Position numbers and translations under genes: made by a program. The notes beneath the pieces were generated by a model. It was not told the origin of the DNA. It was given only the letters and a program-made list of their open reading frames with translations, and made no database searches. A stretch of DNA of 64,000 nt from the human T2T-CHM13v2.0 reference genome, Homo sapiens: assembly GCF_009914755.1 (NCBI RefSeq), contig NC_060944.1; one strand, written 5' to 3'. This document shows positions 28,339-52,120 of the stretch, one piece after another (within the stretch, counting starts at the first letter, position 1; the number at the start of each line of letters is the position of its first letter).

Positions 28339-28686
28339 CCTGAGCTGGGGCTGGGGAGTCTTCCAGGAGCTGCCAACTGCTCTTCTGAGAAACCTGGCCA
28401 AATTGGACCATATCTTGAAGGAGAGAGAAAATATTTTGTTTTTTTTTAAGGATAAGAAGCTCTGAGCAGGTTTAAGAGGGGAAACTTATTTCAAGAGCCA
28501 TGACTACAGGATCTGAGAGGAGGGGAGCTGGGACTGGAATGGGAGCCAAGAGCCCGGCATTTTGATCCCAACATTTCTGCTGAATCTTTTCTTCCCCGCC
28601 ATCTCCGTGCCTCTGCACCTGCCAACCTCCCTGCCAGGAGCACCCTTCCTCTGTCTGCCTGGCAAACTCCTCTTCATCTTCTAAAT

Positions 28687-29030
28687 TAGGGGTTGACAAA
28701 CTCTGGCCACCAGCCAAATCCAGCCCCCCGCCCCCTGCCTGCTTTTGTACAGCTTGTGAGCTAAGAATGGTTTTCACATTTTAAATGGCTGGGATGGGGG
28801 GAATCAAAAGAAGACTATTTCGTGACACATGAACATTATATGAAATTCAAATTTTGGCTTCCATAAATAAAGTTTTATTGGCACACAGCCACACTCCTTT
28901 GTTTACCTATTGTCTGTGGCTGCTTTCTTGCTACAGTGGCAAAGTGGAACAGTTGTGACAGACCATGGGTCCTGCAAAGTCTGAAAAATTCCCTATCTGG
29001 CCTTTTACAGGAAATGTTTGCTGATCTCTG
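28687..29030. mobile_element. MER58B-like hAT DNA transposon
   Basis: AGGGGTTGACAAAC...GAGCTAAGAATGGTTTTCACATTTTAAATGG...TAAAGTTTTATTGGCACACAGCC...TTTGCTGATCTCTG. Confidence 0.75.
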
Positions 29031-29035
29031 GTCTA

Positions 29036-29644
<609 letters not shown>

Positions 29645-30229
29645 TCACCCATTCACCACTCTGAGTCTAGTTTTCTCATCTGTGAGAGCCTTGAACTTGG
29701 TCCCTACGATCTCTAATAGTCTGTGGGGGAAGGACAGCCAAGACCTCACCAGGCAGTATGGGATTATTTGCCAAAAATATTTAAAAGGACCTTTCGAGAA
29801 TTCCATAAGCCACAAATTCATAGACTGTGGGCCAGGTTTTAGCCCAAACGTGTTTTGCTGGGTCTGCACCTATTTTTTTTTTTAACTTAGATGTCAATGG
29901 AAACCTAACCCAGCCCACTTTAGTCACCAGTACTATCTATCTGCCCCTTTCAGGCATTTGAGTTTGCCATTCCTGGATGGAGAGTTAAAGACCATTATAA
30001 CCATGTCACCCAGGACCCCAAAAATGGTTCTACAGTCAAAGGTTAAGGATATATTTAGGTCAGTTGTTCCTAAACCTGGTGAAATCAAATGACTCAAGCA
30101 GTATATAAAACACAGATCCCTAGGCCCACCCAGACCCACCGAAACCTACTCTCCCATAGGTCATGGTGCTGGAGGCGGAATTTTTTTCAAGATCCTCCCA
30201 AAATGCTTATCCATTATGGGAATATGTAT

Positions 30230-30970
30230 TGAATCAATATCTGCAGATGTCAATTTGGCTGGACCTGTCAAAATTATAAATGCACCTATCTCTTGACCTA
30301 GCAATTCCATTTCTGGGAATCTGTCTTCTAAACCAATGCTTTTTAAACTTTAATGTGCATACACACCCCGGTCATCTTTTTAAAATGCAGATCCTGATGG
30401 AGCAGATCTGGGTTGGAGCCTGTAATGCTGCAGTTCTAACAAAGCTCCCATCTGATGCCCAGCTGATGGTCCTGGAACATTCTGAGTAGCAAGGCCCTAG
30501 ATCTCCCACACACACACCCAGTGATGTATGTACAAGATGATGCATTGTATCATAGTATGTAATTGCAAGTATGGGAAATAACCTAATTGTCCATCAATAG
30601 GGGACTAGCCCAATAAATTATGGTGCATCTCAGAAAGGAGGAGCATTATACAGCCTTGAAAAGTATCAAGTATCAAGGCAGTGCTTTAGGTACTGGTATG
30701 GAATGAACTCTAGGGCATATTATTTTAAAAGCAAGGAGGAGAATAGTGAGTGGAGTGGGTAACCACTTATATAAAGAGTGTTGGCTGGGTGGGTATGTGG
30801 GGAATATTTATATTTATATTCACTTGTAAATGCACAGAATTGCCTGGTAGAAGACACTAGTAACTGGAAAGGGAAACTGAGTGGATGGGTGACAGGGAAG
30901 GGAGGGTGACATTTTACTGTACCCATTTGAATTTTGAACTACGTGAATATGATACCTGTTTAAAAATAAA
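30230..30970 (+). mobile_element. Ancient L1ME-like fragment with a nested MER5-like element (~30330-30500)
   Basis: GACCTAGCAATTCCATTTCTGGGAAT, TGTCCATCAATAGGGGAC; MER5 AAAATGCAGATCCTGA...TCTAACAAAGCTCCCA. Confidence 0.6.
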
Positions 30971-31082
30971 CAAAAATTTTAAATTATAATTATACATAAA
31001 TAGAAAGACTCACCACATACTTCTAATGCTCAGACATGAATTTAGACCATCAGAAAAGCTGAGCTGCAGGTAACATGGTGGA

Positions 31083-31445
31083 TGTATTAGTCTATTCTCA
31101 TGCTGCTATGAAGAAATACCCAAGACTGGGTAATTTATAAAGAAAAGAGATTTAATTGACTCACAGTTCTGCATGGCTGAGGAAGCCTCAGGAAACTTAC
31201 AATCATGGCTGAAGGCACCTCTTCACAGGGCATTAGGAGAGAGAATGAGTGCAAGCAGGGGAAATGCCAGAGGCTTATGCAACCATCAGATCTCAGAAGA
31301 CTCCCTCATTATCACGAGATAGCATGGGGGGAACCACCCCCATGATTCAATTACCTCCACCTGGTCCTGCCCTTGACATGTGGGGATTATGGAGATTACA
31401 ATTCAAGGTGGGATTTGGGTGGGGACACAGAGCCAAACCATATCA
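31083..31445 (-). mobile_element. THE1-family (THE1C/D-like) MaLR solo LTR, same orientation as PREX1
   Basis: Minus strand runs TGATATGGTTTGGCTCTGTGTCCCCACCCAAATC...GACTAATACA with TG...CA termini; 363 bp. Confidence 0.9.
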
Positions 31446-32227
31446 GTAGGATACCTTCTGCCTTGGTACACCATGCACACACACACATCCAACGCACATG
31501 CACACATATGAACACACACACACTTGCATACACCTTTAAGGACAGTCAATACAGTGTGTTGAAAGCCTGCTGAGCTTAAACTCTGCAAACCTCAGTTGGA
31601 TCCCAGCTCCACCAGCTGAGTGACATCAAGCAAGACACTTAGCCTCGATGGGGATGATCAAAATAGTCCTGGCTGCCCTGCAGACCTTGGGTGGTGAGAA
31701 AACTCTTCATAAACTGTCAAGCATACACATGAAAAGACTCATTATAATATGAACCTGGATGGGTGAGCCAGATGGGGCAATCCACAGCCTTCTCTCCATG
31801 GGGTCCCGTGCACACCTCTCAGGACGTCACTGCAAGGTGGAAACCCAATCCCTTGACCTTTGCAGTCAGGCAGCTGCTCCGAACAACCCCTGGCAGTGCT
31901 AATCTCCAACTCTCCTCTCACCATCGGGTCCAGCTGCTGGGCTGAGTCACACGCAGGCCGAGGGACAGGCACATGACTTGTGTGTGGAGCTGGTGTGAGT
32001 GTAGTGGTTGGGGGAGGGTAGTAAAGACCACAAGAGGTGATTACTCCCCACTTAGTAGGAAATTTCACCTCCAGGGGAGGAGATCTAAGCCTGACTCTAG
32101 GTCGGAACTCAAGTGGCTGCCTGGCCTGTCTGGCAGAATTCTTCCTCCGGGAAGCCCACTGGATGTGTATATGTGTGTGTGTGTCTGACAGAGGGAGGGG
32201 CAGAGTGTGTACAAAAGAATGATACTA

Positions 32228-32405
<178 letters not shown>

Positions 32406-33289
32406 AACCACATGTACTAAGCACTTACCACATGCCAACCTCTATCCTGAGCACCTCGAAGATTAAACTCATTGAATCTCCATTGATACTGGTATCACCA
32501 TCACCATTACGATCATCCTCACTTTCCAGATGAAGAGGCCGAGGCCCAAAACAGGTAATGAATTTTACCAAGGTCAGTCATATAGCCCAGGTTCAGAGAC
32601 AGTCTGATTCTAGAGCCTCCGCTCTTAACCTCTCAGCTACAGGGAATTTCATTCCTTGAAGGGGGTTTCCAGAGGTCATTTGGCCCAGTGCAGTGAGTGA
32701 GATGATGGAAACAGTCAACCATGTTTGCACCTGGCTGTGTGACCCTGGGCAAATTGATTACCTCCTGTGCTTCACATTTTAGAGCCTCACTTTCCTCCCC
32801 TAAAATGAGGATCATCACAACCATATCCACCTCTCAGGGCTGTTTTAGGGCTTAGTAATAACATACTTAAAGTCCTCCACACAAGACCTTGTTAATATGA
32901 TTATCATACCGATTATTATCCAGTACTAGTGAGCAAGGTATAAAAAATAGCTAGAAAACCCCTAATCCTGGGCAAGAAGGAATCAAAATCTCCTTCTTAA
33001 GCAGTTTGTCCATATCATTCATCAGCAACATGTAACCAATACATCTTGCCTTTTCTTCCTGTTGCCGTCAACCCTTCTAAGAAAGCAAGATAGGGCTAGA
33101 AAAGAAAGTGCCTATATCTTGGTCATCATTTTAACCACTTTATTTTTTGGTTTTGGTTTTAATAATCTTGATTTCTGCTGAGAGACGCTCACAGGAGAGA
33201 GACCCTGGGTACCAAGTCCATCCTGGCGGCAGGGGGACAGATGAAATTCCTCTTTCAAGGTTGCTTCCACTTCCACATCCCTGGGAGAC

Positions 33290-33970
33290 TCATTCAATCC
33301 TACAGTTATTTAGTGAGCACAGACTCTGTTCCAGTCATCTGTTAGGCACTGGGGACACAGCACCGAACAAGGCAGACAACATTCTTCAGCTCATGGAGCT
33401 GACACTCCGGCAGAGGAGACAGAAAATAAGTAAGTAAAGAGGCCAGGCTCAGTGGCTCACGCCTGTAATCCCAGCACTTTGGGAGGCCAAGGAGGGTGGA
33501 TCACTTGAGGTCAGGAGTTCAAGACCAGCCTGGCCAACATGGCGAAACCCCATCTCTACTAAACCTACAAAATTAGCCGGTTGTGGTGGCATGTGCCTGT
33601 AATCCCAGTTACTCAGGAGGCTGAAGCAGGAGAATCACTTGAACCCAGGAGGCGGAGATTGTTGCAGTGAGCCAAGATCATACCACTGTACTCCGGCCTG
33701 GGCGATAGAGCGAGAGACTCTGTCTCAAATAAATAAATAAATAAGTAAAGAGATCATCTAATGTTTAAGTTTCAAAAAATGCCATGAAGAAAAATAAAAC
33801 AGAGTAAAGGGATGGAGAGTGACGAGGGAGCGGCTGTTATTTTAAACAAGGTGATCAGAGAAGGCCTCTTGGAAACATGACAGAGGAGAGCTAATGAAGT
33901 GTGTGTACCTGGGGAAAGAGTATTCCAGGTGGAGACAGGGAGTGGCAGGTGCAATGGCCCTGAGGCAGAA
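33290..33970 (-). mobile_element. L2 interrupted by an AluS (+, 33441-33742)
   Basis: L2 motifs; TSD TAAGTAAAGAG. Confidence 0.8.
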
Positions 33971-34661
33971 CCCAGGGAGACAGTGGTAGGGCCTAAGTCT
34001 GGAGCGGCAGACAAGGCCTTGCTGTCTCCTCCTTTCTTCTCTGCCAAACTAGGGTGAGGACAGCGGCCTGCTGGCCCACATCCATCCCAGAGTTGCTGGG
34101 AGGTAATGGATGGGAAATTGCTCTGAGAGGCTGCACAGGGTCCAGTAGGAGTGTTATTAATGGATGCACTGGACGACGCCCATGCCAGGGGCACTTTAGG
34201 ACAAAGTGGTTTCTTCTCCCTCCTGGTGAGTCCATGTTATCCTAAATACCAGCACTGAGAGAGCCCAAACTTCAAACATTCCCATCCTCTCCTTCAAGGA
34301 ATGGAAACAGCAGGGCCTAGAGAAGGCAGGAGAACCATCCAAGGCCACGTTGCAAGTTCCTGCCAGAGCCCCAGTGTCAGGATCAGGCTCAAGACTGAAA
34401 AAATACTGAACCATCCCATTCCCAGGTGACAGGAGAGTAAGTAAAATCGCTTTTCTTTTCTTTTCTTCCTAAAAGGTTGTTACTTCCCCTAGGGCAAGAG
34501 GGGGATGAGACTCTTTGCCGGGTGGATGGGCTGGGAAAAACAACAGTTTGCAAAACAAATTAAATGTGTTAAATGGCCAGTTTCTCCCACCAGTGGGTCT
34601 CTTTGCCCTCAGCAAGTGACTTCTCAACTTCTCCTTTGTGGTTTTCAAAACATTCCCCTAA

Positions 34662-34962
<301 letters not shown>

Positions 34963-35129
34963 TACCCCTAAATTTCTTAGGTCCTTGCCACCCATGGTGT
35001 ATAAGAGTCAGAGAAGATATTGGGCTCTTTGGCCCCTTTCCACAGATGAGGAAACTGAGGCCCAGAGTAGGGAAACACACCTCATCTGAGACACTTGGGC
35101 TCCACAGTTAGGAGCTGACCTTCTCTCTA

Positions 35130-35634
<505 letters not shown>

Positions 35635-36696
35635 TTAGTGGTGGTCAGTGAAGGGTCCCGGGGGAGTTTGCATATGAGCTGGTCCTGTAGCTTGAGCAAC
35701 AAGCAGCCATGCCCAGAGCCAGGTAAAAGGGGGGTCTGGGCCAAGGGGTGGCAAATGCAAAGGCCCTGTGGCGGGGGCAAGCTTGGCCTTGGAGCAGCAA
35801 AAATGAAAGTCCAGTGGGGCTGGAGCAGAGCAGAGCAGACCTGGGGAGGGTACGGGCCGATGGCAGCGGCAGGGGCCATGTCTCAGGCCTTCCCGGCCAC
35901 TGTAAGAAATGTGGATTTAATCCTAAGGGCAGTGGCTGCCAGTCGAGGCCTCCATGGTTGGTGGGAGAGCTGGGCCTTAAAACCTGGATCTCATTCTTCA
36001 GAGCCAAGGCTCACAGGCCTGCAACTCCCCTTGGCCTTCTATGTATCCCAAGACTTCCTCTGTCAACCCTGGAACTTCCTGGTTATACTCCGGGCATGTG
36101 ACTCTGTCTCGTCCGCCTTGGGCTGTCAAGTGACTCCCACAGCCCTGATTTCCCACAAACTCACTCAGCATCAATCTCCTCTCACACACAGGCAGATATT
36201 CTCCTCGGCTTCTGCAGGTCACACTCTCTGGGAGCCTTGCCCCAGCAAATGAATTTGCATCTGCCCCCAATCCTCAACAGCAGCAGAAATTGGGGATGGG
36301 GAAAAGGAGAGAACAGAGAGACCTTTCAGGAGCGAATCAGTCTGCAAACTGGATAGGAAGGCAGAGAGAACACAGGCCAGACCCAACCTGGGGAGCTTAT
36401 CAGCTCTGTCCTGGGGTGTAGGCTCCCAGAGGTCTGAGCTGTCTCCTCTGGCCTCACTCCTGTGTTAAGAGGTGACAGACAGGATCCCAGGGTGAGTCTG
36501 GCTGAAAATAGACAGGCAGCAGGGGCAGCCATTAGTGGTCCCTTGTGAGGTTCTAACTCTCTACCATCAAATCACCATCAGACCACCTTCTTTGGTGTTA
36601 TCTTTCTTTAATGTAGGCAGCTGAAGTCCTGATATTAACAATAATAATTCACTTTTATTGAGCACTTAATGTGTGCTACTCACTGTACTGCGTACT

Positions 36697-37025
<329 letters not shown>

Positions 37026-37299
37026 AGTACTTTAGAATTTTAACTCATTTATACATCTATGTCAAACGGAAACAAAAAGATTCTTAGAAAACTTGGTGAT
37101 TCCTGTGAATTTTAACAGGCTGGCTACCTTGTAACAATACCAGAAACAGAACCAGTGAGTTTGTCTGCCAACACTGCTTTAATACAAACCCAGTCACCCA
37201 CCCCATAAGTCCCACAAAATGCCCCATGAAGATTCTCCCATGTGACTATTCTGGAGCCACCCTTCAGGAAGAACTTCCAGACACAAATCAGGGAGCCCC

Positions 37300-38385
<1,086 letters not shown>

Positions 38386-38389
38386 AAAA

Positions 38390-38815
<426 letters not shown>

Positions 38816-39751
38816 TGTAGTAAGAACAAATAAGATGGCCCTGCCTCCTTCCTGGGGCCCAGAAAGAGATCTCACTTTCTGACGGGAAGGAAAGGGCCCC
38901 CAGCAGCATTGCAGTCACACCCAGCTCCTTCTATAGATGTTAATAGCCTGGAGCAGATCTTTGTGACCCCAAAATAAGCCATCTCAGACTTTCAGTGACA
39001 CTCTTTAGCCCCAGAACAGCATCACAGTGAAAGGAGAGGTCGAGAGAAATGGAGCTGGAGTTCTAACATTGACTTTGGGGAACCTTAAACAATTCACTCC
39101 ACCTCCCTGGACCTCAGTTTCCCAATCTTTCCAAGTGAGGAGGCTGGACTTCGCAAGTTGTCCAGGAATTATATCTGACCCCAGACATGTCTTGTTCGGC
39201 CATCACAAGATTTAAAAGCTGAGAGATATCCCATTAGAAGGTCCGGCCACCCGGGGGCTATGTTTTTCCGAGGTCACCATAGTCTGGAAGTGCACTGTCT
39301 GGAAGGGTTCCCCCTTGGATGGGGCTAGTGCTCCTCAGTTCCACCCCTGCCACAGGCACAAAACTTCCCTGCCAGGACCTTGCAGGCAGCTGAGTTTGCA
39401 AAGCCTGGACAAAATGACAGTGGAGGGACCTCACACTTCAGTGACAGCTGGTTCAGGGTTTTGTGGGTGAAGATTTCTTCTAAAACACAATTTAGGGGTT
39501 TTCCATCATGGGACACACTATCTCTGAGACTCTCCTTTTTTAACTCCAACCCTGGATTCCTCGGACCAGTTTCCCAAATAGGGGGACCTCACAAGAGGCT
39601 CTGCAAGCCCCACTGGCACCCCACAACTTGACTCCCTCTCAATTTGTTGGGATTCCCAGCAGGAAAGGAAGTCTCCAGGCCTGCTTGCGGGGCTTCCAAA
39701 CAATAACCTCCCTCTTGCCTCCCCTCGAAAAATAGAGAAAATGAAAAAGCA

Positions 39752-40063
39752 GGCCAGGCGCGGTGGCTCACACCTGTAATCCCAGCACTGCAAGAGGCTA
39801 AGGTGGGCAGATCACCTGAGGTCAGGAGTTTGAGACCAGCCTGACCAACATGGCAAAACCCTGTCTCTACTAAAAATACAAAAGTTAGACAAGCTTGGTG
39901 GCACACACCTGTAGTCCCAGCTACTCTGGAGGCTGAGGCAGTAGAATTGCTTGAACCCAGGAGGCGAGGTTCCAGTGAGCCGAGACTGCCCCACTGCACT
40001 CTGGCCTGGGCGACAGAGCGAGACTCTGTCTCAACAAAAGAAAAAATAAAATAAAATAAAAAA
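39752..40063 (+). mobile_element. Alu (AluS-like)
   Basis: Full Alu with A-rich tail. Confidence 0.94.
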
Positions 40064-40606
40064 GCAAAAACCAAAAAGGCTCTTATTAAAACGATTCTTC
40101 ATGACAACCCAGACAGGAAAGACAGGAACTGACATCATCATCCCTTGAACTCCTCCTCACCATAATTTGATACTAATAAAGGATAGCTTTTATTGAGCAT
40201 TTACTGTGTGCCATGCCTTCTTCTAAGCACCATGCATATTATTTCATTGAATCCTCATAACAATCCAAGGAGATAGGCACTATTATAACCCATTTTACAG
40301 AGAAGAAAACTGAGGCAGAACCTGCACATTGGTGGTGAGAAGGCCTGTAAAAGACTTTAGCTTTCTCATCTCTCATCACGTGACCTTGGACAAGCCACTT
40401 CCCCTCTCCAGGCTTCAATCTCTAAGTTGTACAAGGTGATCATTCTGGTCTAAACAGTTTGTTACTCCTTGAACTCTTTTACTAAAAATCAAAGCACACA
40501 TTAAAAAAAAAGAATGAAAAATTGGAAACAACACTGCCTGTATAGGGGGTATATGTGTGTGTTTGAAGAGCCAACTAGTGAAACTTTAAAAGCTAAAAAA
40601 GCCTAA

Positions 40607-41900
<1,294 letters not shown>

Positions 41901-42059
41901 TTATACATTTTTTATAGTTTTTCTTGCCATTGGAAAAAGCAATGACACATGATCACTGCAGATTAGGAAAATACAAGAGGACGCAGAGAATGAAATTTCG
42001 ATCTTTCATTTCACAAAGAAAGAAACTGAGGCTAAGGGAGAGGAAATGACAAGTTCTCC

Positions 42060-42490
42060 TTGTTCATTCATTCATGCCTTCACTTATTCCTCCAGTGAAT
42101 ATTTACAGAGGACCTATTATGTTCAGGCACTGTGCTGGGACAGGAGACACCACTGGGAACAAGAGAGATGTCCGTTACTGGGGTTAATATTCCAGACAGA
42201 CAATAACCAAGTAAATAAATGAATCATATTTGTAACGAAATCACAGCTAATATTTATTGTGTACTTTCTTTGTGCCAAATGTTGTTCAAAAAACTTTGTG
42301 TACTTTATGACATTTGGTCTTCACAAGCACACTGGGAAGTAAGCCTGTTATCTCAATTTTGCAGATGAGAAAAGTATAGTTCAGAGAGGTGAAATCATGA
42401 ACCTGAGGTCACATCGCTCATCGAAGTCAGGGGAGCAAGATTTAAACCCAGGTCATGGCTCTCCCGTCTATGCACTTAACCACTGCTCTA
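42060..42490 (-). mobile_element. L2 3' end plus MIR
   Basis: TTCATTCATTCA...CAGGCACTGTGCTGGG; TTTTGCAGATGAGAAAA...GAGGTCACA. Confidence 0.65.
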
Positions 42491-43780
42491 AAATATGGGA
42501 AGATCATTTCAGATGGAGGGTTAGGGACAGAGCCCAGCTGAACCCTGACCTTCACCTTCTTACGCCTTTGTGTCGGGCACTTTGTTTTTCATGGTTCTGA
42601 GAAGCCAAACTTCATTGTTCTTCGTGGGTTCTTCCAGTTGCTTAGCTGTGGTCCCTGTGGACCAGGGGGAAGGGCTTGGAGCTCATGGCTGGCCAGGGCC
42701 CTGTGTGCAATCAGATCACCTTTATTTTTAAGCCATTAAATCCCTGGTGACACATGCTGCTCTTCAGAGGAGCAGGCTGACCTGACCAGGAGAACAGAGT
42801 CACTGGGCAGGGAGAAGCCACACACCTCAGGCAAAGTTTTTGACAATCAGGCAAGGAGGCAGGGTTGGGGGGGGTCTTACCCAACCCTGCTTCCTGTGGG
42901 ATCATTCAAATCAGTAGCAGAAAAAGCCATAAGCTTATAAAATGGTACTGGGGAGTCTCTGGGGGAAACAGGTACTCCCATACACCCCTGGGGAGTGGAA
43001 GGTGCCAGAGCAGTTTTCTAAAACAATTGTCATCAACTACCAAGTTTTACAGGAACACAGCCTTTGGCCAGCAGTTTCAGGTCTAGGGGTTCATCGTACA
43101 GATATCTTCGCACATGTGTAAAATGAAGTATGTGCAATGCTACGCTTGACAGAAATTTGTAGAAAGAACTGGAATGACCCCTTTCTTCTCCTACCCCCCA
43201 CACAGGTCCCTGGTTAAAGAAACCAGGTCCGTGCTTGCAAAGAAATCTTTGGCAGCTGTTCAAAGGAAGACGGGTCTCCATGTATTGCAATTGAGCCCTC
43301 TTCAGCATAAACTGTTAAGGGTGAAAAAGAAAGGTTCAGAACATTATATGCTATCCTGATTGTTACAAAAGAAACAAAAAGAGGTGGGCAGGGGCTCTGT
43401 CTATAGAGGTGTTGAACTGGGAGTTCCTCCACAAGAGCTTTTAGCATCCTGAGGCCTGGCATCCCAGTATTGGCCCTCCCTTGCTGTGCAATGAAGATCG
43501 AAGTTTCAACCTCTCTGTGCTCCAGTTTCCTTAACTGTAAAATTGGACTTGTTGGAAAAATTAAATAAAGTCATCTACACAAGAGGCATTTCTCAATGCC
43601 TAGGACGTAGGAAATGGTCAATAAGGAACAGCTGTATAATAATTATTGTGCACAAACTCTCCCTGGAAGAAGGCACAAAAACATGGATAATGGGCTATTA
43701 CCTCTGGGCACTGGGAAAACTGGGAGACGGGACAAGGGGTGACCAATTTTTCAGTGTATGCCCTTTTCGAAGTGTTAAAC

Positions 43781-44768
<988 letters not shown>

Positions 44769-45404
44769 AATCGCTTGCTCTTCCTCCATAAGAGGTTGTA
44801 GCACATGAGTTCTAAGGTGTGTGACTTTTAGCAGCTCCCCACTTAGGGTTTAAAATAACTTTCTGGTTGAAATTTTAAAAAAGGAAAGTAAGGAAGGAAG
44901 AAAAGGGAACCTCCCACTGCAGCCCACACAACCCCAACAAGAAAAGGAGGCCTCCTGCTCCCCAGCCCAGCCTCAAGCCCACTTAATCTCTCTTTGGAGA
45001 CAGGAACAGAGGAATTGTTCAAGGAGAAATCAAGTGGGAAGCTCTTGGAGCTGAAGAGCCTGCAAGCCAATCCACTTCAAGTTTCTCATGTAACAGGTGG
45101 GAAAATAGAGGCTTGGAGAGGGGACATGGTTTGTCCAAGGCCACCCAGCAAGTTAGGGGCAGAAGCAGTGCCAGAATCATAGAGGCAGGAGAGACCTTGA
45201 AAGCACCTACCCCAGAGTTACACCTTCGAGGGCCCCCCAGGGAATGTCTAGAAGAGGCACAGATCAGCTATTCCCTCTCCACTGGCCACAGGCCAGGCAC
45301 CTGAGCCAAGCTGGGCGGATGAGAATCCATCCTAGAACTTTTGTTGGTCAAAGGAGTCATCCATCTTTGCATCTCTCCACAGGTGTAGAGTCTGCCACTT
45401 TTTA

Positions 45405-45686
<282 letters not shown>

Positions 45687-45698
45687 TTACCATCTTAA

Positions 45699-47291
<1,593 letters not shown>

Positions 47292-47384
47292 TGGATGACC
47301 CATATTTGATTTAACCCACCCCCATTTAGATTGTTTTTCTAGACTGTTGCATTTTAAACAATGCTGCATAGGTATTGATAGTGC

Positions 47385-47860
47385 TGAGCACTATTTACAA
47401 TAGCAAAGGCATGGAACCAACCCAAATGTCCATCAATGATAGATAGGATAAAGAAAAGGTGGTACATATACACCATGGAATACTATGCAGCCATAAAAAA
47501 GAATAAGATCATGTCCTTTGCAGGGACATGGATGAAGCTGGAAGCTATCATCCTCAGCAAAGTAACACAGGAACAGAAAACCAAACACTGCATGTTCTCA
47601 CTCATAAGTGGGAGTTGAACAACAAGAACACATGGATACAGGAGGGGAACAACACATACCAGGGCCTTTTGGGAGTTGCAGGGTAAGCGGGGAGAGAGCA
47701 TTAGGACAAACACCTAATGCACGCTGGGCTTAAAACCTAAATGACAGGTTGATAGGTGCAGCAAACCACCATGGCACATGTATACCTATGTAACAAACCT
47801 GCAAACTCTGCACATGTATCCCAGAACTTAACGTAAAATTAAAAAGTAAAATAAAATAAA
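47385..47860 (+). mobile_element. L1PA 3' end (ORF2 C-terminus and 3' UTR)
   Basis: ORF 47436-47618 (WYIYTMEYYAAIKKNKIMSFAGTWMKLEAIILSKVTQEQKTKHCMFSLISGS) is the L1 ORF2 C-terminus; A-rich tail. Confidence 0.93.
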
Positions 47861-48494
47861 CAATGCTGCCTGAATAACCTCCTACATATATATTTTTCAC
47901 ATATGCAAATGTATCTGTAACTAAATTCTCCAAATTAGAATTTCTGTATGTGCATTTCTAATATGTAAGGAATTTGCCTACTTGTCCCCTCATAGTGGTT
48001 GTACCAAGATCCATTCCTGCAGCCATGTATGAGGGACTATTTTTTTCACAATTACACACCTTATTGTTTTAATACTGATTTAAAAAACTAAAACAAAACA
48101 AAATAAAAATAATGTGCGATACAAACAAACATGCCAGTGGGCCACATCAAGCCAGCAGGCCCCAACTTTCCCAACTCCAACTCTTCAAAGCCCAGAATGT
48201 TGAGTGACTCGCCTCAAGTTGCCCAGGACTTGAATCTGCACTGTCTGATTTCTATGGCTGCACCTGATCCGCTTCCCAGCTGACTACTAACTTCTGGGAT
48301 CCCTCAACTTTGGCAGTGAGAAACTGTGGCTTCTGCAAAGTCACGTGGAGCCTTTGTCCGTTCAAAAAGTTGAAAAAGTTCCAATCTTACTTGAGGGTGG
48401 TGACTGTGGATGGGGCTGCCCCACATCCACCAAGTGCCCTGCTCTCAGATGTCAGCTTGTGTTGTGTAACAACCAACCGTAAAAATCATATTTA

Positions 48495-51283
<2,789 letters not shown>

Positions 51284-51592
51284 TAATACAATGAGATCAT
51301 TCTACATGTATTTGTACCTGACAATTATAAGCATCTAGTCATGTAATTATTATATGGACTCTACAATTAGGCATTTGGGGTCACCATTTTATAAATGAGG
51401 AATCTGGGGTTAAAATGCTTATCCAAGATCACCCACCTCTTACATAGCTGAACCAGAATTCGAACCCACGACTTTCCAAAAATTCTTTTGATTTACAGTG
51501 AGCTGCCTCTATAAAAGCACAAGAGGTTGCACCACAAAACCTGTTGTTATCAGCCCCCTACATTTATCCTTTGGGACCACAGAGGAGGGGTG

Positions 51593-51595
<3 letters not shown>

Positions 51596-51637
<42 letters not shown>
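51596..51637. repeat. (GT)21 microsatellite
   Basis: Uninterrupted 42-bp GT run. Confidence 0.97.
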
Positions 51638-51639
<2 letters not shown>

Positions 51640-51747
51640 GGGGTGGGTGGTGTCGTGTGATTTAGGAGAGTGTTCACTATGACTAGCGTTGTGGCGGGAG
51701 TTTGGGAGACATGATGAAGAGGAGGAAAGACCTTCACCCTCAGGTCA

Positions 51748-52120
<373 letters not shown>

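Noticed and set aside
47436-47618. ORF with L1 ORF2 C-terminal sequence (also 15072-15317)
   Set aside because: Truncated, dead L1 fragments.
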